Assembly: GCA_024704765.1 (NCBI GenBank) | Contig: JAKMXF010000188.1 | Span: forward strand, 186,001-250,000 | Direction: 5' to 3' | DNA length: 64,000 nt | Source: Oopsacas minuta | Taxonomy: Eukaryota; Animalia; Porifera | Shown here: positions 1 to 11,456 of the stretch, piece by piece | Layout of the letters: each line of letters starts with the position of its first letter | How positions within the stretch are numbered: the first letter of the stretch is position 1 | The notes under the pieces: generated by a model | Database searches by the model: none | The model's input: the letters and a program-made list of their open reading frames with translations, nothing else | Told to the model about the DNA's origin: nothing | Made by a program: the position numbers and the translations under genes

Positions 1-114
1 GTTTAACGAATGCCTACATATATACGTAGTTTGTTTAACGAATGCCTATATATACGTAGTTTCTCATTAACATGTTAGTAAATTGTAGTATTATTTCAAT
101 TTTAGTTGTTATTC

Positions 115-1851
115 ATGGATTACAAACGTGTTTTCTTTGCTATAATGAGATATCTCCTGCTACTTTTAACATTCAACCTATTACTCAGGACATATAGTCT
201 GTCTGATGAGCAGATACACAGACTTGAGGCAGGTAACCATACTATGCAACAAGTCAACAGGACTATACTTATTGCAGTGTTAGCCAGGAATGTAGAACAC
301 TTGTTACCGACATTTTTCGGGTATCTAGAGAGACAGGATTACGCTAAAGATCGTATATCCTTCTGGATATACTCAGACCACAACATAGACGCTACTGGGG
401 AAGTACTGAAGGAATGGGCCCTGGGAGCCAGTAGGGAGTATCACAGTATTCAGTTGACTGTATCAGATGAATGGAACATTACTGATCAAACTAATCCCTG
501 GGAATGGACCGAGCAGAGGATGATACATGTCTCCACTCTCCGTCAATCTGCTCTAGACTATGCCCTGTCCTCTTGGGCAGATTATATCTTATTTCTAGAC
601 ACAGACGTGTTCTTATGCAATCCACACACCATCTCCGATCTGGTAGAGGCTAGGGTTAGAGGAATAGCTCCCTTCATGACTGTAGGCTTTGAGAAACTAT
701 TCAGTAACTTCTGGGGTTCTCTCTCTGATAAAGGCTACTACAAACGAAGTGAAAACTATGTAGATATTCTAATGCGGGACAATATCGGTAGGTTTCGTGT
801 TCCTATCATCCATTCATCAGTGCTCCTGGACCTCAGAGACACGCGTACAAGGAAGCTACGCTACTGGCCTCCTCCTCCCCATTTCCATGAGTTCTATTCA
901 CGAATAGAGGATACACTGATTATGCTGGTGTGTGCAGCTCAGCAGGGTGTAGACTTATACGTCACTAATAATAGGATATATGGTCATATGATAATCCCTA
1001 TAGAATACTACACTCTCAAACATGCCAGAGATTACTTCCTAGACTTTAGTATTGAGAATCTAGTAGATTATCCTCCTATCCCATACAGTACTCATATCAA
1101 ATCTGCTCCTGCTACCTCTCCAGACACTCTTGGTGTAGATAAGATATTCGTGATTAATCTGGAGAGACGGCCGGAGAGGAGAGAGAGAATGAAAGCTGCT
1201 CTGAAGTTGTTGAATATAGATTACGAGTTGTTCTCAGCTTTAGACGGGAGGCAGTTAAATGAGAGCTATTTGGAGGAACTTCAAGTCAATATGTTACCTG
1301 GCTGGAGAGACCCCTGGGGATCTCGACCCATCACCTACGGAGAGATAGGCTGCTTCCTGAGTCACTACTTCATCTGGGAAAGAGTAGTGAAAGAAGAGAT
1401 AAGTACTGTAATCGTGCTAGAAGATGACATCCGATTCAGTAGCGGATTCAGGAATAGGTTCTCTGAACTGATGAGTGAGGTTAAGAGTTTGTCTCTGGAC
1501 TGGGACCTCATTTATTTAGGCCGCAAACGGTTAGTCAAGGGTGAGCCCTTTGTGACAGGTAGCCGTCATCTGGTTCACCCTGACTACACCTATTGGACGG
1601 TGGGATACATGATATCAATTAGAGGAGCTAAGAAACTATTAGCTCAGGAACCATTGAGAAATATAATGGCTGTTGATGAGTATCTACCCATTATGTTTGA
1701 TAAACATCCACGAAAAGATTGGTCCCAGAAGTTCCATCCTCGTGATTTGAAGGTGTACTCTGTTGAGCCTCTAGTATTGGAGCCTACACACTTCGTAGGA
1801 GATAAGTATTACTTTACTGATACTGAACCCTACCAAACTCCAGAATCATAA
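115..1851 (+). CDS. COLGALT1: Procollagen galactosyltransferase (GT25 family, COLGALT1/2-like), intronless
   Basis: Long ORF; first ATG at 115 (track start 106 is TTG). N-terminal hydrophobic segment. Motifs YILFLDTD, NFW, INLERRPERR, VLEDD, WDLIYLGRK, YTYWTVGY and VDEYLPIM match the two-domain COLGALT architecture. Confidence 0.9.
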   Translation: MDYKRVFFAIMRYLLLLLTFNLLLRTYSLSDEQIHRLEAGNHTMQQVNRTILIAVLARNVEHLLPTFFGYLERQDYAKDRISFWIYSDHNIDATGEVLKEWALGASREYHSIQLTVSDEWNITDQTNPWEWTEQRMIHVSTLRQSALDYALSSWADYILFLDTDVFLCNPHTISDLVEARVRGIAPFMTVGFEKLFSNFWGSLSDKGYYKRSENYVDILMRDNIGRFRVPIIHSSVLLDLRDTRTRKLRYWPPPPHFHEFYSRIEDTLIMLVCAAQQGVDLYVTNNRIYGHMIIPIEYYTLKHARDYFLDFSIENLVDYPPIPYSTHIKSAPATSPDTLGVDKIFVINLERRPERRERMKAALKLLNIDYELFSALDGRQLNESYLEELQVNMLPGWRDPWGSRPITYGEIGCFLSHYFIWERVVKEEISTVIVLEDDIRFSSGFRNRFSELMSEVKSLSLDWDLIYLGRKRLVKGEPFVTGSRHLVHPDYTYWTVGYMISIRGAKKLLAQEPLRNIMAVDEYLPIMFDKHPRKDWSQKFHPRDLKVYSVEPLVLEPTHFVGDKYYFTDTEPYQTPES

Positions 1852-3713
1852 AGCCCGAAATAATTTGTGTTAATCGTGTATATTATAACTGGATTGTTTA
1901 ATTTGTTATATGTGAGTAATTTTGTTGAGCGATTTAATATTTTTGAATTTCATCAGTGATGAGCATAGGATATGTTGTATTTTACTTTTCTTCAAATATT
2001 CATTTTAGGCTTCATTACTTTATTGTTTATAAGAGTGTTTTACGGTGCTAGGACACCTTGCCGAAAGGATATTTTTCCGAAAGACATTTTGCCGGAAAGA
2101 CGAACTAAACTAATTTGAAAATACACTTCTGAAATATTTAAATTATACTCAAGTTTTTTCGAGTTCTCATAAGGGCGAACATAAATACCCAAATACAACA
2201 ATTAGCGCTTGTTTATTAACTAAATCGATAAAGAACCTTCTAGCACAGGGAATAACGGTTCAAAATTACCTTCGTAACAAACAAGAGGGGCCAAGAATCA
2301 TTATGTTTTTGCTAGATACTGTAATTACAGGATTCTAATTGGAATAATGAGTGTGAAGTTTGCAGCGAAACAAATCGAACACACTTTAACAAGTCATAAT
2401 TGTGCAACCAATACACGTAGAGAGATGCCATTTTGGAACATATCTATACTCGCCTAAGAGGTTTCTGCCATTAGCGTATCAAGTCTCGTATTCACCATAC
2501 TAAGTTACCGGCTACTATGTTACTTTGAAGAGGAATTTCCCTACAGTATTTGATAATTCATAATTTCATATACGAAATGTGTCTATGTTATTCACTGAAA
2601 CCTGTGTTAGTGAAACTTTCGTAGGTGAACATCTTGAAATAATGAACACTATTCTTTGGTCCCAAATTCATCCTTGGCATTTATTTGAACTCTCACTGAC
2701 AGATTTTAATACACAATTTTAAGCTATTATGTGTCGTGGTGCCCTTAGTACCTGTAGTACATACCCGCCGCTACATCTCAAGCAAATTTCATGCATAGAT
2801 CAATAGAAGACATATACCTGAGATTTGGGCACTATACTTAAGTATTTTGATATTGAGGGTATATGTAAACAAAGCGAGCCGAGAATTTACTGATAACCAA
2901 TTTGAAATAGTAATTGTTATAAATTTTTCTTGTTTTGAGATAATATGTGGGCATAGTGTCCGATTTTCTATTGGGCTCTGCCACTATCATTCATGTAATT
3001 GATTATCCTGTCGATCAGGATGTATCCTCTACCCCCTGGATCTTAATATTCAATATAGGAGTCATGTTCATGTCTCCTTGATCTTTTTTACCATCACAAG
3101 TCTATACGTCTACAAAAGAGAATAGACCCTGTTTGACGAAAAGTAAGAATACCGAACACATTCTGCATACAGTTAGTTTATCTCTAACATGGTTATATGG
3201 GTAGGGTTGGTGAAATGATGTTAAGAACTTACTTTGGCTGTTAACAACTACAATTTTCCAAACAATTAATAGTTTAGAGTTGGAGTCATTTGAGCTTTCA
3301 AATCTAATCTTTTTGCTGTTTACAGCCAATTATTTTGAGCTTCCAACATTCAAACTCAAGGTAAGTTTAAGCTATATATTTCTATAATATTATCCATATT
3401 TTGAAGAATTTAATTCGAATTTAAGTAACACAAATAGGGAGGGAAGTGTTAAGTAAAAATTAGTGACAGCTGTTAACAGCCACAATATTGGATTGGTAGT
3501 TTAACAGCTTTGTTGTGTTCCATCCCTGCAAATATGTAATCCATAATAAGGATTTCCACTAATCCCTGGAAGAACTATTTGCTACTTTACAAAGAGATAG
3601 GAAAATCCACAAATAATTCAATTAGAATATTGAATAGGAATAATTATAGTAAATAATTCGAGAAAATATCCTATTTAATAATCATAGCAAGCTCCATAGA
3701 TTTAGTTCTTTAC

Positions 3714-3920
3714 TTCATTAGAATTATCAGGGGGGAGATTAAATAGCGCAATGAATAGTCCGGAGAAGCATATATTACGCCATATACGTATAGCCTGGCC
3801 GGACCATCTACAGGGCCATATATGGTCCGACAGGACATACTGTCCCTCCACACCTGATATAGCATAACAGTAAAGTGTGAAAATGCATATGCATACGAAT
3901 TCCGAAATACCAAAATATAT
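3714..3920 (-). other. Candidate internal exon (phase 0/0, 69 codons) of an unidentified hydrophobic/membrane protein gene
   Basis: Minus strand: branch-like CTGAT, then TTTACCAG acceptor (AG 3922-3921). Open frame IYFGISEFVCICIFTLYCYAISGVEGQYVLSDHIWPCRWSGQAIRIWRNICFSGLFIALFNLPPDNSNE, then GTAAAG donor (3713). An in-frame stop lies just upstream of the acceptor. Confidence 0.35.
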
Positions 3921-5214
3921 CTGGTAAATCAGTAATTTTTTTATCAGTTATTGTGTCACTTAGATGTGCAAGTTAAGGTTCAAATGAATATAACAGAAAA
4001 CTTCTAGGAATAACTACAGTTGAAATTGGGTTATTTTGTCGTTTTGGCAGTGCAATCAACTGTTTATTATTGTAGATTAAAGGGTAACTAGATTGGGTTA
4101 CAATGGTTGGTAGAATTATACTGTTAATACGTAGTAGCAAACAAAAGTGTAAAATTGGCATCTCTCTACGTGTATTGGTTGCATATTTATAACGTGTTAA
4201 AGTGTGCTCGATTATACGAAATTACAAAAATTTTGTCAAAATATGCCAAATTATATATTTTGTACTTAATAATTCAGCGAATTATCAAAAAAATGTTCCA
4301 TCTTAAAAACATGTAGAAGGTTAAATAATTATATTTAATTAAAATGTTGAAATGCGAAATGTTCTAAAATCGTTCGTTTCGCATACTAGGTATGTATAAT
4401 TTGCTAGACATTATGCAAATTGCCTAATTGATGTAACACCAATGTGCATATTGCTGTTCATAATTCAGATTGCAGGGTTGATATGATGGTAATATGTATA
4501 TTGCCCAATTTCGCATATTGCCCATTACATCTTTATGATCAACTTATTGTACAAAACCGTTTATTGCTTTTTTCAGCAGCAAATTGTCGCTCAAATTTTT
4601 CTAAGTAAATACCTGCTAGCTCTACCTCCCTATGAATTGTGAGTAATATATCTGAAGCTGCAGACACATTATTGGCTAATTCCAGAAAAATCTCACTCTG
4701 CATCTAGATAAGTATCGCTTCAAAATCACTCAGAGCTACAACTGGCAGGTAGCGTAGTGGGATTTTAGTAGTGAGTCAACTTCGCGACAAATGTCGATTT
4801 TAAAAGATCAACTACAACATTCCGTACATTACAAAGTAAATAGGATCCATTTTCTAAACCAACATTCGACATAGTCAACATGACAAATATAGAAAACAAT
4901 ATCCTACTCTTAGTACACAAATATTGAAATCTCAAAATACATGTGGGACTCCCTCTCAACGGATAAATAGTGGTAACAACTTATATCCAAATTTACCAAG
5001 GTAAAGTCTGCTATTTTGTGAATAGATTATTTTTTGTAATTCGTATAGAATTAACTATTTATGAACTACTACCCGATGGGGCCGTCGATTTGGATAATTA
5101 TCGAACCTCGAGGCGCAAAGCGACGAGCCGAAGGCTCGTTAATTGAATATTAGTGACATTCAGTGTATACAGGTGATAGGTTGTAATTCTTGATTATATC
5201 TAGCAGGGATTGTA

Positions 5215-6471
5215 ATGGCATCACTCCAACCTATTAGGTTAGTCCCAATGAATTCTAGGGTATAGAGGAAACTAGAAATCTTTACGATTATCATTGCTAA
5301 GAAGAAATCTGAAGTAATTCGATTGAAAGAGGATATGATACAGCTGATTAAAATACAATCAGAAAATGTATTGAGAGAACTGAATACGATTTGGTTGGAG
5401 GTGAATGAATTGATTGAGAGTAAACGCGAAGAAATTCAAAATAAAATTGAAGAAACAAATAAACATAAGGAAGCTATGGATGACATTTTCTTGCATTATA
5501 ATCAAGATTCTACACCAATTAACGAAATATCTGAAAGAATAGAATCTATGAAAAAAGAGATGGATATTGATATCCCATTCGTGAGGTTGAACTGGGAAAT
5601 AGAAGAGTTGAGAGAGAGTATAATTAATATGTGTAGCTGTGAACAACAAATTTTAACTTTGAACAAGATAGACCAACTGAATTAAAATGGAGTTGCTGCA
5701 ATAGAGGAGTAGGAAAATATGAACTAGACAACCCAAGCGGCCTAACAATCAGTCCAGTGGACGGAAGCATATATGTAGCTGATGCAATTGTAGCAGAGTA
5801 CAGGCATTTTCTTCCAGCGGCATCTGGTTTAGATGTATTAAGGATGAAAGAATGGTTTTACCACAGAATATTCTAATTCAGAATAGCAGTTTATATGTTC
5901 AATGTAACTCCTGTATCCTGAAATACGACGAGTTTACCTTGGAGGAAGAAGACTACATATCTTGCCCACTCTCTCTTAGAGGCGTTTGTTCAGATAATAA
6001 TAATAATATCTATGTTGGTATAAGAGATATTTTAGAGTTGATCTCATGGACTCTTGATTTGAAAGATCAAATGCGAATTCCTCTTAGAGCTAATTCTTAA
6101 GAAGATAATAGTACCTCTATTAGAGATATAGCTATGGCTGGAGAAGAATTTTATATTCTGCTGTGTAGTAGACAAGTAACTCTGCAAGAATTCTAGAAAG
6201 ATGGCTTTCGAACCAGATTTGTTATTTTTCTGCTTTATTAACATCAGTCTATTATTTTTGTCTAGACCAGCACTTCAATATAATTGTATCAGATGGAGAA
6301 AGCAATATAATTAACATATTCTCTAATGAAGGGAAACTGTTAATTCAATATGATCAGATATCAATAGGAACCTTAACTAACCTCCATGGTATAGCAGTTG
6401 ATGACATGGGTTCTATCATTACGGTGGATGATAAAGATGAAAATAAGTTGCAAGTATACTCTTTTGCTTGA
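5215..6471 (+). pseudogene. Coiled-coil + NHL-repeat (TRIM/NHL-like) pseudogene
   Basis: ATG 5215 with in-frame TAG at 5263, followed by coiled-coil ORF 5323-5685. Frameshifted NHL repeats follow (ELDNPSGLTISPVDGSIYVAD; FCLDQHFNIIVSD; LTNLHGIAVDDMGSIITVD), ending QVYSFA* at 6471. Several stops and frameshifts. Confidence 0.7.
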
Positions 6472-7339
6472 GACTAATATTCTATTTATATTCAACTACG
6501 TACGTATTAATATTTATATTATAACACTACCGCGATTTGCTTGCTAGGTCGCTGCGCGACGTGCGGACGTATCCTTGAACTTTAAGCCTTGTTTTAGCAT
6601 AAGTATTAAACAGCTAAATTTGCTTATGGGTCGCCACCCGACGGGATATACACGGCACTACGTGCATCGAGGTTGATTTTTCAACCCTCTGGGTCCTCCA
6701 ATTTCTTCAATCAATTCTGGACATACACATATATACACACATACATACATAGATACAGATTGATTGAGTTTTAATAGTATAATAGCATACTACATAGTCT
6801 AGTTGGATCACGGCTGTATAAGTTACCGAGAATGCCAAGAATAGACTGCTGATTTACTGGAATTTACAGTAAATATCCTTGCAAATATTAGAGTTAGAGT
6901 TAAGCTAGAGGTAGTGGATGAGCATTACTATATGTTTATATCATTAGAAATTTCCAACAGAAACTAAATACACCCTGAAAATGCAATGACACTAGGCTCC
7001 AAGAAATTTGGAATTTTTGCCAGAATTCTGGTGCAAGGCCTAATATAAAAGAAATGCCTTAACTCTCGTTATATTGATCTCAGGTATAACGATAGGCCAT
7101 CTGACGTATATAGAAATATCGAAATATCTAATATGACCTCTATCCACCATATTACACACACTTATATCAATCTCTAGTTTAGTAATACGGACAAACAAAC
7201 AAACAGACATATAACAATAGCTATTTAATAATATAGACTATACTTATCGGTCTTCTATCATATAGGTCATGATATTAGATATAGTAACTACAATCTAAAT
7301 GTTAATTAATCTAATAATTCTTATAAAATACAAACTCAC

Positions 7340-7421
7340 TCATTTCATTTTCTTTTTGAAAATTTTCATCTGAGGGGGAATCTAATTCATCTGACAGTGT
7401 AGTTCTTTCCTTTGATTCCAT
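7340..7421 (-). other. Candidate first coding exon of a minus-strand gene (MESKERTTLSDELDSPSDENFQKENEM)
   Basis: Acceptor CTTTTCACAG (AG 7448-7447) lies 25 nt before ATG 7421. Acidic open frame of 27 codons + 1 nt, then a canonical GTGAGT donor at 7339. Confidence 0.45.
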
Positions 7422-8565
7422 TGTAGTATTTAGTAGAGTATTTTATCTGTGAAAAGTCTATTTATAATATTATGAATTTTGGGAATCGATGGAGAGTTGT
7501 GCGGAAAATGGTCGCGGGGAAATTATTCTCAGGCTCGGTTGTATTGGGGATTTGCCCTGCATTAGTGACTATAGCTACTTGGATATAGTCCCAGGTGATT
7601 ATGAAGCACTCCTGGGTTGGTTGGTGTAGATCTATCCTGGTCCCTGGATTAGTGTTTCCTGCATGAATATTCACGCGACCAACTTTCCGCCCTTTTTTTC
7701 GAGGGTTAGGAATGATCTAGTATTTCGTTTCACTAGAATCTGGAATAATTTGCAACGTTAACATTCCATAATTACTTGTCCAAATTCAATTGAACATTTG
7801 CAGTTTTACGCTAAGTTGAACCGACCATGTGTGGTTTCTATCAGGTAATATAGCTACATATATAAAACAAAGTGTGTGTGTGTGTCGATTCGAACCAAGT
7901 TTTGTGTGTCGACTAAGTTGTACTCAACCTTTCCAAATAAGAAATATTTTTCGAATCGAACCATTTTTGGACATGTTAATTTTTCACACCTCGCCCATAT
8001 AAATCAATGCAATTTTGGAGGAATCTGATTGGTCAGCGTTGGCGAATCAGATTCCTTCCTTCGTATAATAAGAAAAAGTCTGGGAATTTGGTTCAATCAG
8101 ATTCTACCAATTACAATAGTTACTATTCACAGTTTATTGATCCCGTGGAGTAATGCGGAGAAAGTGATACCCAACTTCTCCCAAAGAAGGACCATTTTAC
8201 GAGACAAACCATTTTCCTAGAAAACTTTTTCACATATACCTTTCGTGCATAATTTCTTACTAAAGTTATGACATTACGATAACGGACTTTGCTATGCATT
8301 ACATGAAGTTAAATTTACAACACATCACATCACATTTATGTACTCTCCGTATATTAACAACATACAATAGTATGGTATGGATTATACGCTCTAAAAAACT
8401 GTTAAGGAACATAGTTACAGAACTAAAAAGTGATTGGCCGAAAATATGCAATGCTACAGTTCACTGAGAGCTATTACATACGGACGTGAGCGTTCGCAAT
8501 CTTCAAAAGACAATCGTGAGGGTCGAAGGCCCGCAAAAGCATTCCGCAGGAACTAGCAGAAATCC

Positions 8566-8591
8566 GCCCAGAGGGCGGCGTTGCAGCTAGT
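8566..8591 (+). mobile_element. Helitron-like 3' end (hairpin + CTAG)
   Basis: CCGCC-CAGAG-GGCGG hairpin followed about 8 nt later by CTAG|T, the canonical Helitron 3' terminus arrangement. Confidence 0.5.
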
Positions 8592-11456
8592 AATGTATAA
8601 AAGAGAATTCTATCTAATTTCTCTTACAGTAAGCCCTCGCTAAATTATAACAGCCCTGTACGAATACCACTCACAGAAATATTTGTTCGGATTAGCGAAA
8701 TACATTGAATCAACACTAGTAGATGGATATGGACATATAAGCATTTCACAAATGATGTACAACCGTAGTGTTGCAGATTGCTACAAAATTATAAATCAGG
8801 GCAGACTAGACCAGATCGGATCGGACTGACAGACCAGGGACGGACCGACCAAGGACCGAATGGGCTGATAATATGACCTATTCGTATTACTTATATTCAT
8901 ATTAACCGTCTTCTTAAAACGAGATGCGCTGTACTTATAATTGAATATCCAGTAGAAAACAAAACAAATTCAGTCGAGTTGAATATATTATCCCAAATAT
9001 AACAATATATATTTGATGCCGCTACTAGTGATGTATCGGTCTGTTCGATCCCGTTAAGACCACGGTCCAATCCGGACCGCTGCATCTCTATGTATAGGCG
9101 GTGATAAGTTTCCTAACATGAATAATAATAAAATCTCAAATCATCTCCTGTGCTGACGTACTAAAAAATCCATTTATAGCTGTTAAGAGCAGATCTCTAC
9201 GTATATTTTGATATTTCAACTATTTGTTTACTTTATATTCGGGAAACAACAATAAATTTACATATGAATACGTACTTGAAAATACGCAATTCGGATTCAG
9301 CGTACTTAATTACCCCTATTTGTCTGTTGAGCCCATGATAATATGTTGAACCTAATCTCTAGTATTCTTTAGAATTTGCATAATAGAAATGTATTGTAAT
9401 ATGATTAATCATCTAAAAGGTGTGGTAATATACACAATGGAAAGTTTCAAATGTCAGGTGTACAACTAGACATGCCAAATTTCGAGTCTTAATCTCCAAA
9501 GGTGTGAACAGGAGAGCGAACACATATATACATACCTACCGACTAAGAACGTCAACCATTTTAGAACTGTGCCACTATACCATAGCATAGTCGGCACAGT
9601 AAAAAGGTATATATAATATTCTGCTTTAATTCATATACTGTAGTCCTTTATCTACATTTTAAAACATTTCCAAAAAAGATATTATTTCAATGCTCTTTGT
9701 GGATTCGCGAGGGTCTACAATACTGAATTTGAAAATATTCAAAAATATTATATTTATACTATTTAACAATTTTGTTATGTATCATTTAAATTTATATACC
9801 ACAGAGCTGTGATACAATCAGGTGGGCTGGATATGGATGGATTATGGTTATCATAGATTTCTGTTGGATTTGGATTTACCGAAGTCCGAAGTAATCCATC
9901 AGTTCCATGGGATTTATGGATTTCATGGCTTTACATGGATTTGGTTTTGATATCCGTATTACGTATGGATTTGGTTTATTTGAGTGACAATTATAAAATT
10001 TTACAATACAATGTAGTCGATGACGAGACAGGGAGGTTGGGTGTATTCAATATATATAAACTAAACAACAAACCTTAACAAAATGTTATTCACCTGCTAA
10101 CTGAAATTTTACTTGAGTCAATGCATTCCTATATTTATACATACGCACTACTTACATACAATAGATTCTCATTTTTTTATTGATAAAGAATGAATTGTAT
10201 GAGAGTTGCTAATGATTCCCTAAACATCACATCTTCTGCCCTCAACTTCATACTCTTTAAATAGAGTCATTCATTACGTTATTTTTGCTCGCATTGCATT
10301 CATTCATCAGGAAACGTATTTAGTCAATTTTATTGTATACCTGCACACCTGAAATAACATGTGCCTACCATAATATTACATATGTATTACAGTTTGTCCC
10401 ACAATAAATTTGTCGTCTTTACATTGCTAAGGATTCTTCATTTCATGACTCATTTGTTACGGGTAGATGTAAATTAAATATTTTTAGAAGATTGTTTTGT
10501 GAAAAGTTGCAATCATAACCACTTTTTACGTGTTAACGTAGATTCAACTATAAATGTGTCATTTTAAATCAGCAAATGGAAAATTACACAAGCAGAGGGG
10601 TAGCTAGGGTTGCATGGTGGAGCGAGTGGGTGAACACTTTGTGTTCGCGCTTGGGCCTTCGACCCTCGGGTGGGAACAGAACCCTTGATTTTCATAATAT
10701 GTGCAACAACAAATATTCATCACATGTTATTTACAATATCGTATCCGAAATTTGCGTCCCGATTACCCTATTATTTCCGTTAGATCAATGTTTTTTGAGA
10801 ATATTTTAAAGTTGTTACTTTAAGTGTGTAAAGAACAACAATAATTTACTCTGTAGCGTTATGCAACGTCTGAAAGGCCTATATATTGCTCTTTCCAAGG
10901 GGTAACAAATTCTAGGGAGGCCCCCAAATTTTACACAGTGTGTGGAGACAAATGAGGGGGGCCCCAGACATGGTGGGACCCAATAAGATTATACAAATTT
11001 TAAATTTAGGGGAGCCACCCCCCTTCAATTTGAGAGCCCCTCCAGACATCTTATCACAATTGGATAGCCCCGCCAAACGGACCCCTACACCCCTGTACCT
11101 AATCATATTCATTGTACACAACTATACACTTATAATGTCTCTTTTCACATTACTCATACTCATCAATATTCGAATCCATCAATTCTTACTTATAATTACC
11201 GGATGGGATGAACAAATGTACAGACAGACAGAAAATAAGCGATATTTAATAATATACACATTATCCATATCTCGGCTTATGATAATACATAGATGCCTAC
11301 GATAAAAGTAATATACTAGAATTCTATTAGAATTTGGGGAAATATATGTCACAATGCCGGTGGAACCTGCCAGTAGCAGGTCAATTAAATGCTGACGACT
11401 CTTATTTTGCTTCCGCTGCTCCTATGTTACAAATTTTCTAATAATAAATCTAGTGA

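Noticed and set aside
1-61. Two near-identical ~30-bp units upstream of COLGALT
   Set aside because: Truncated by the window edge; looks like a simple local duplication with no interpretable structure.
4540-4990. Coding-like minus-strand stretches (also 46800-47080, 51400-52000 and plus-strand 54640-54907)
   Set aside because: Multiple stops and no recognisable family; too weak to call.
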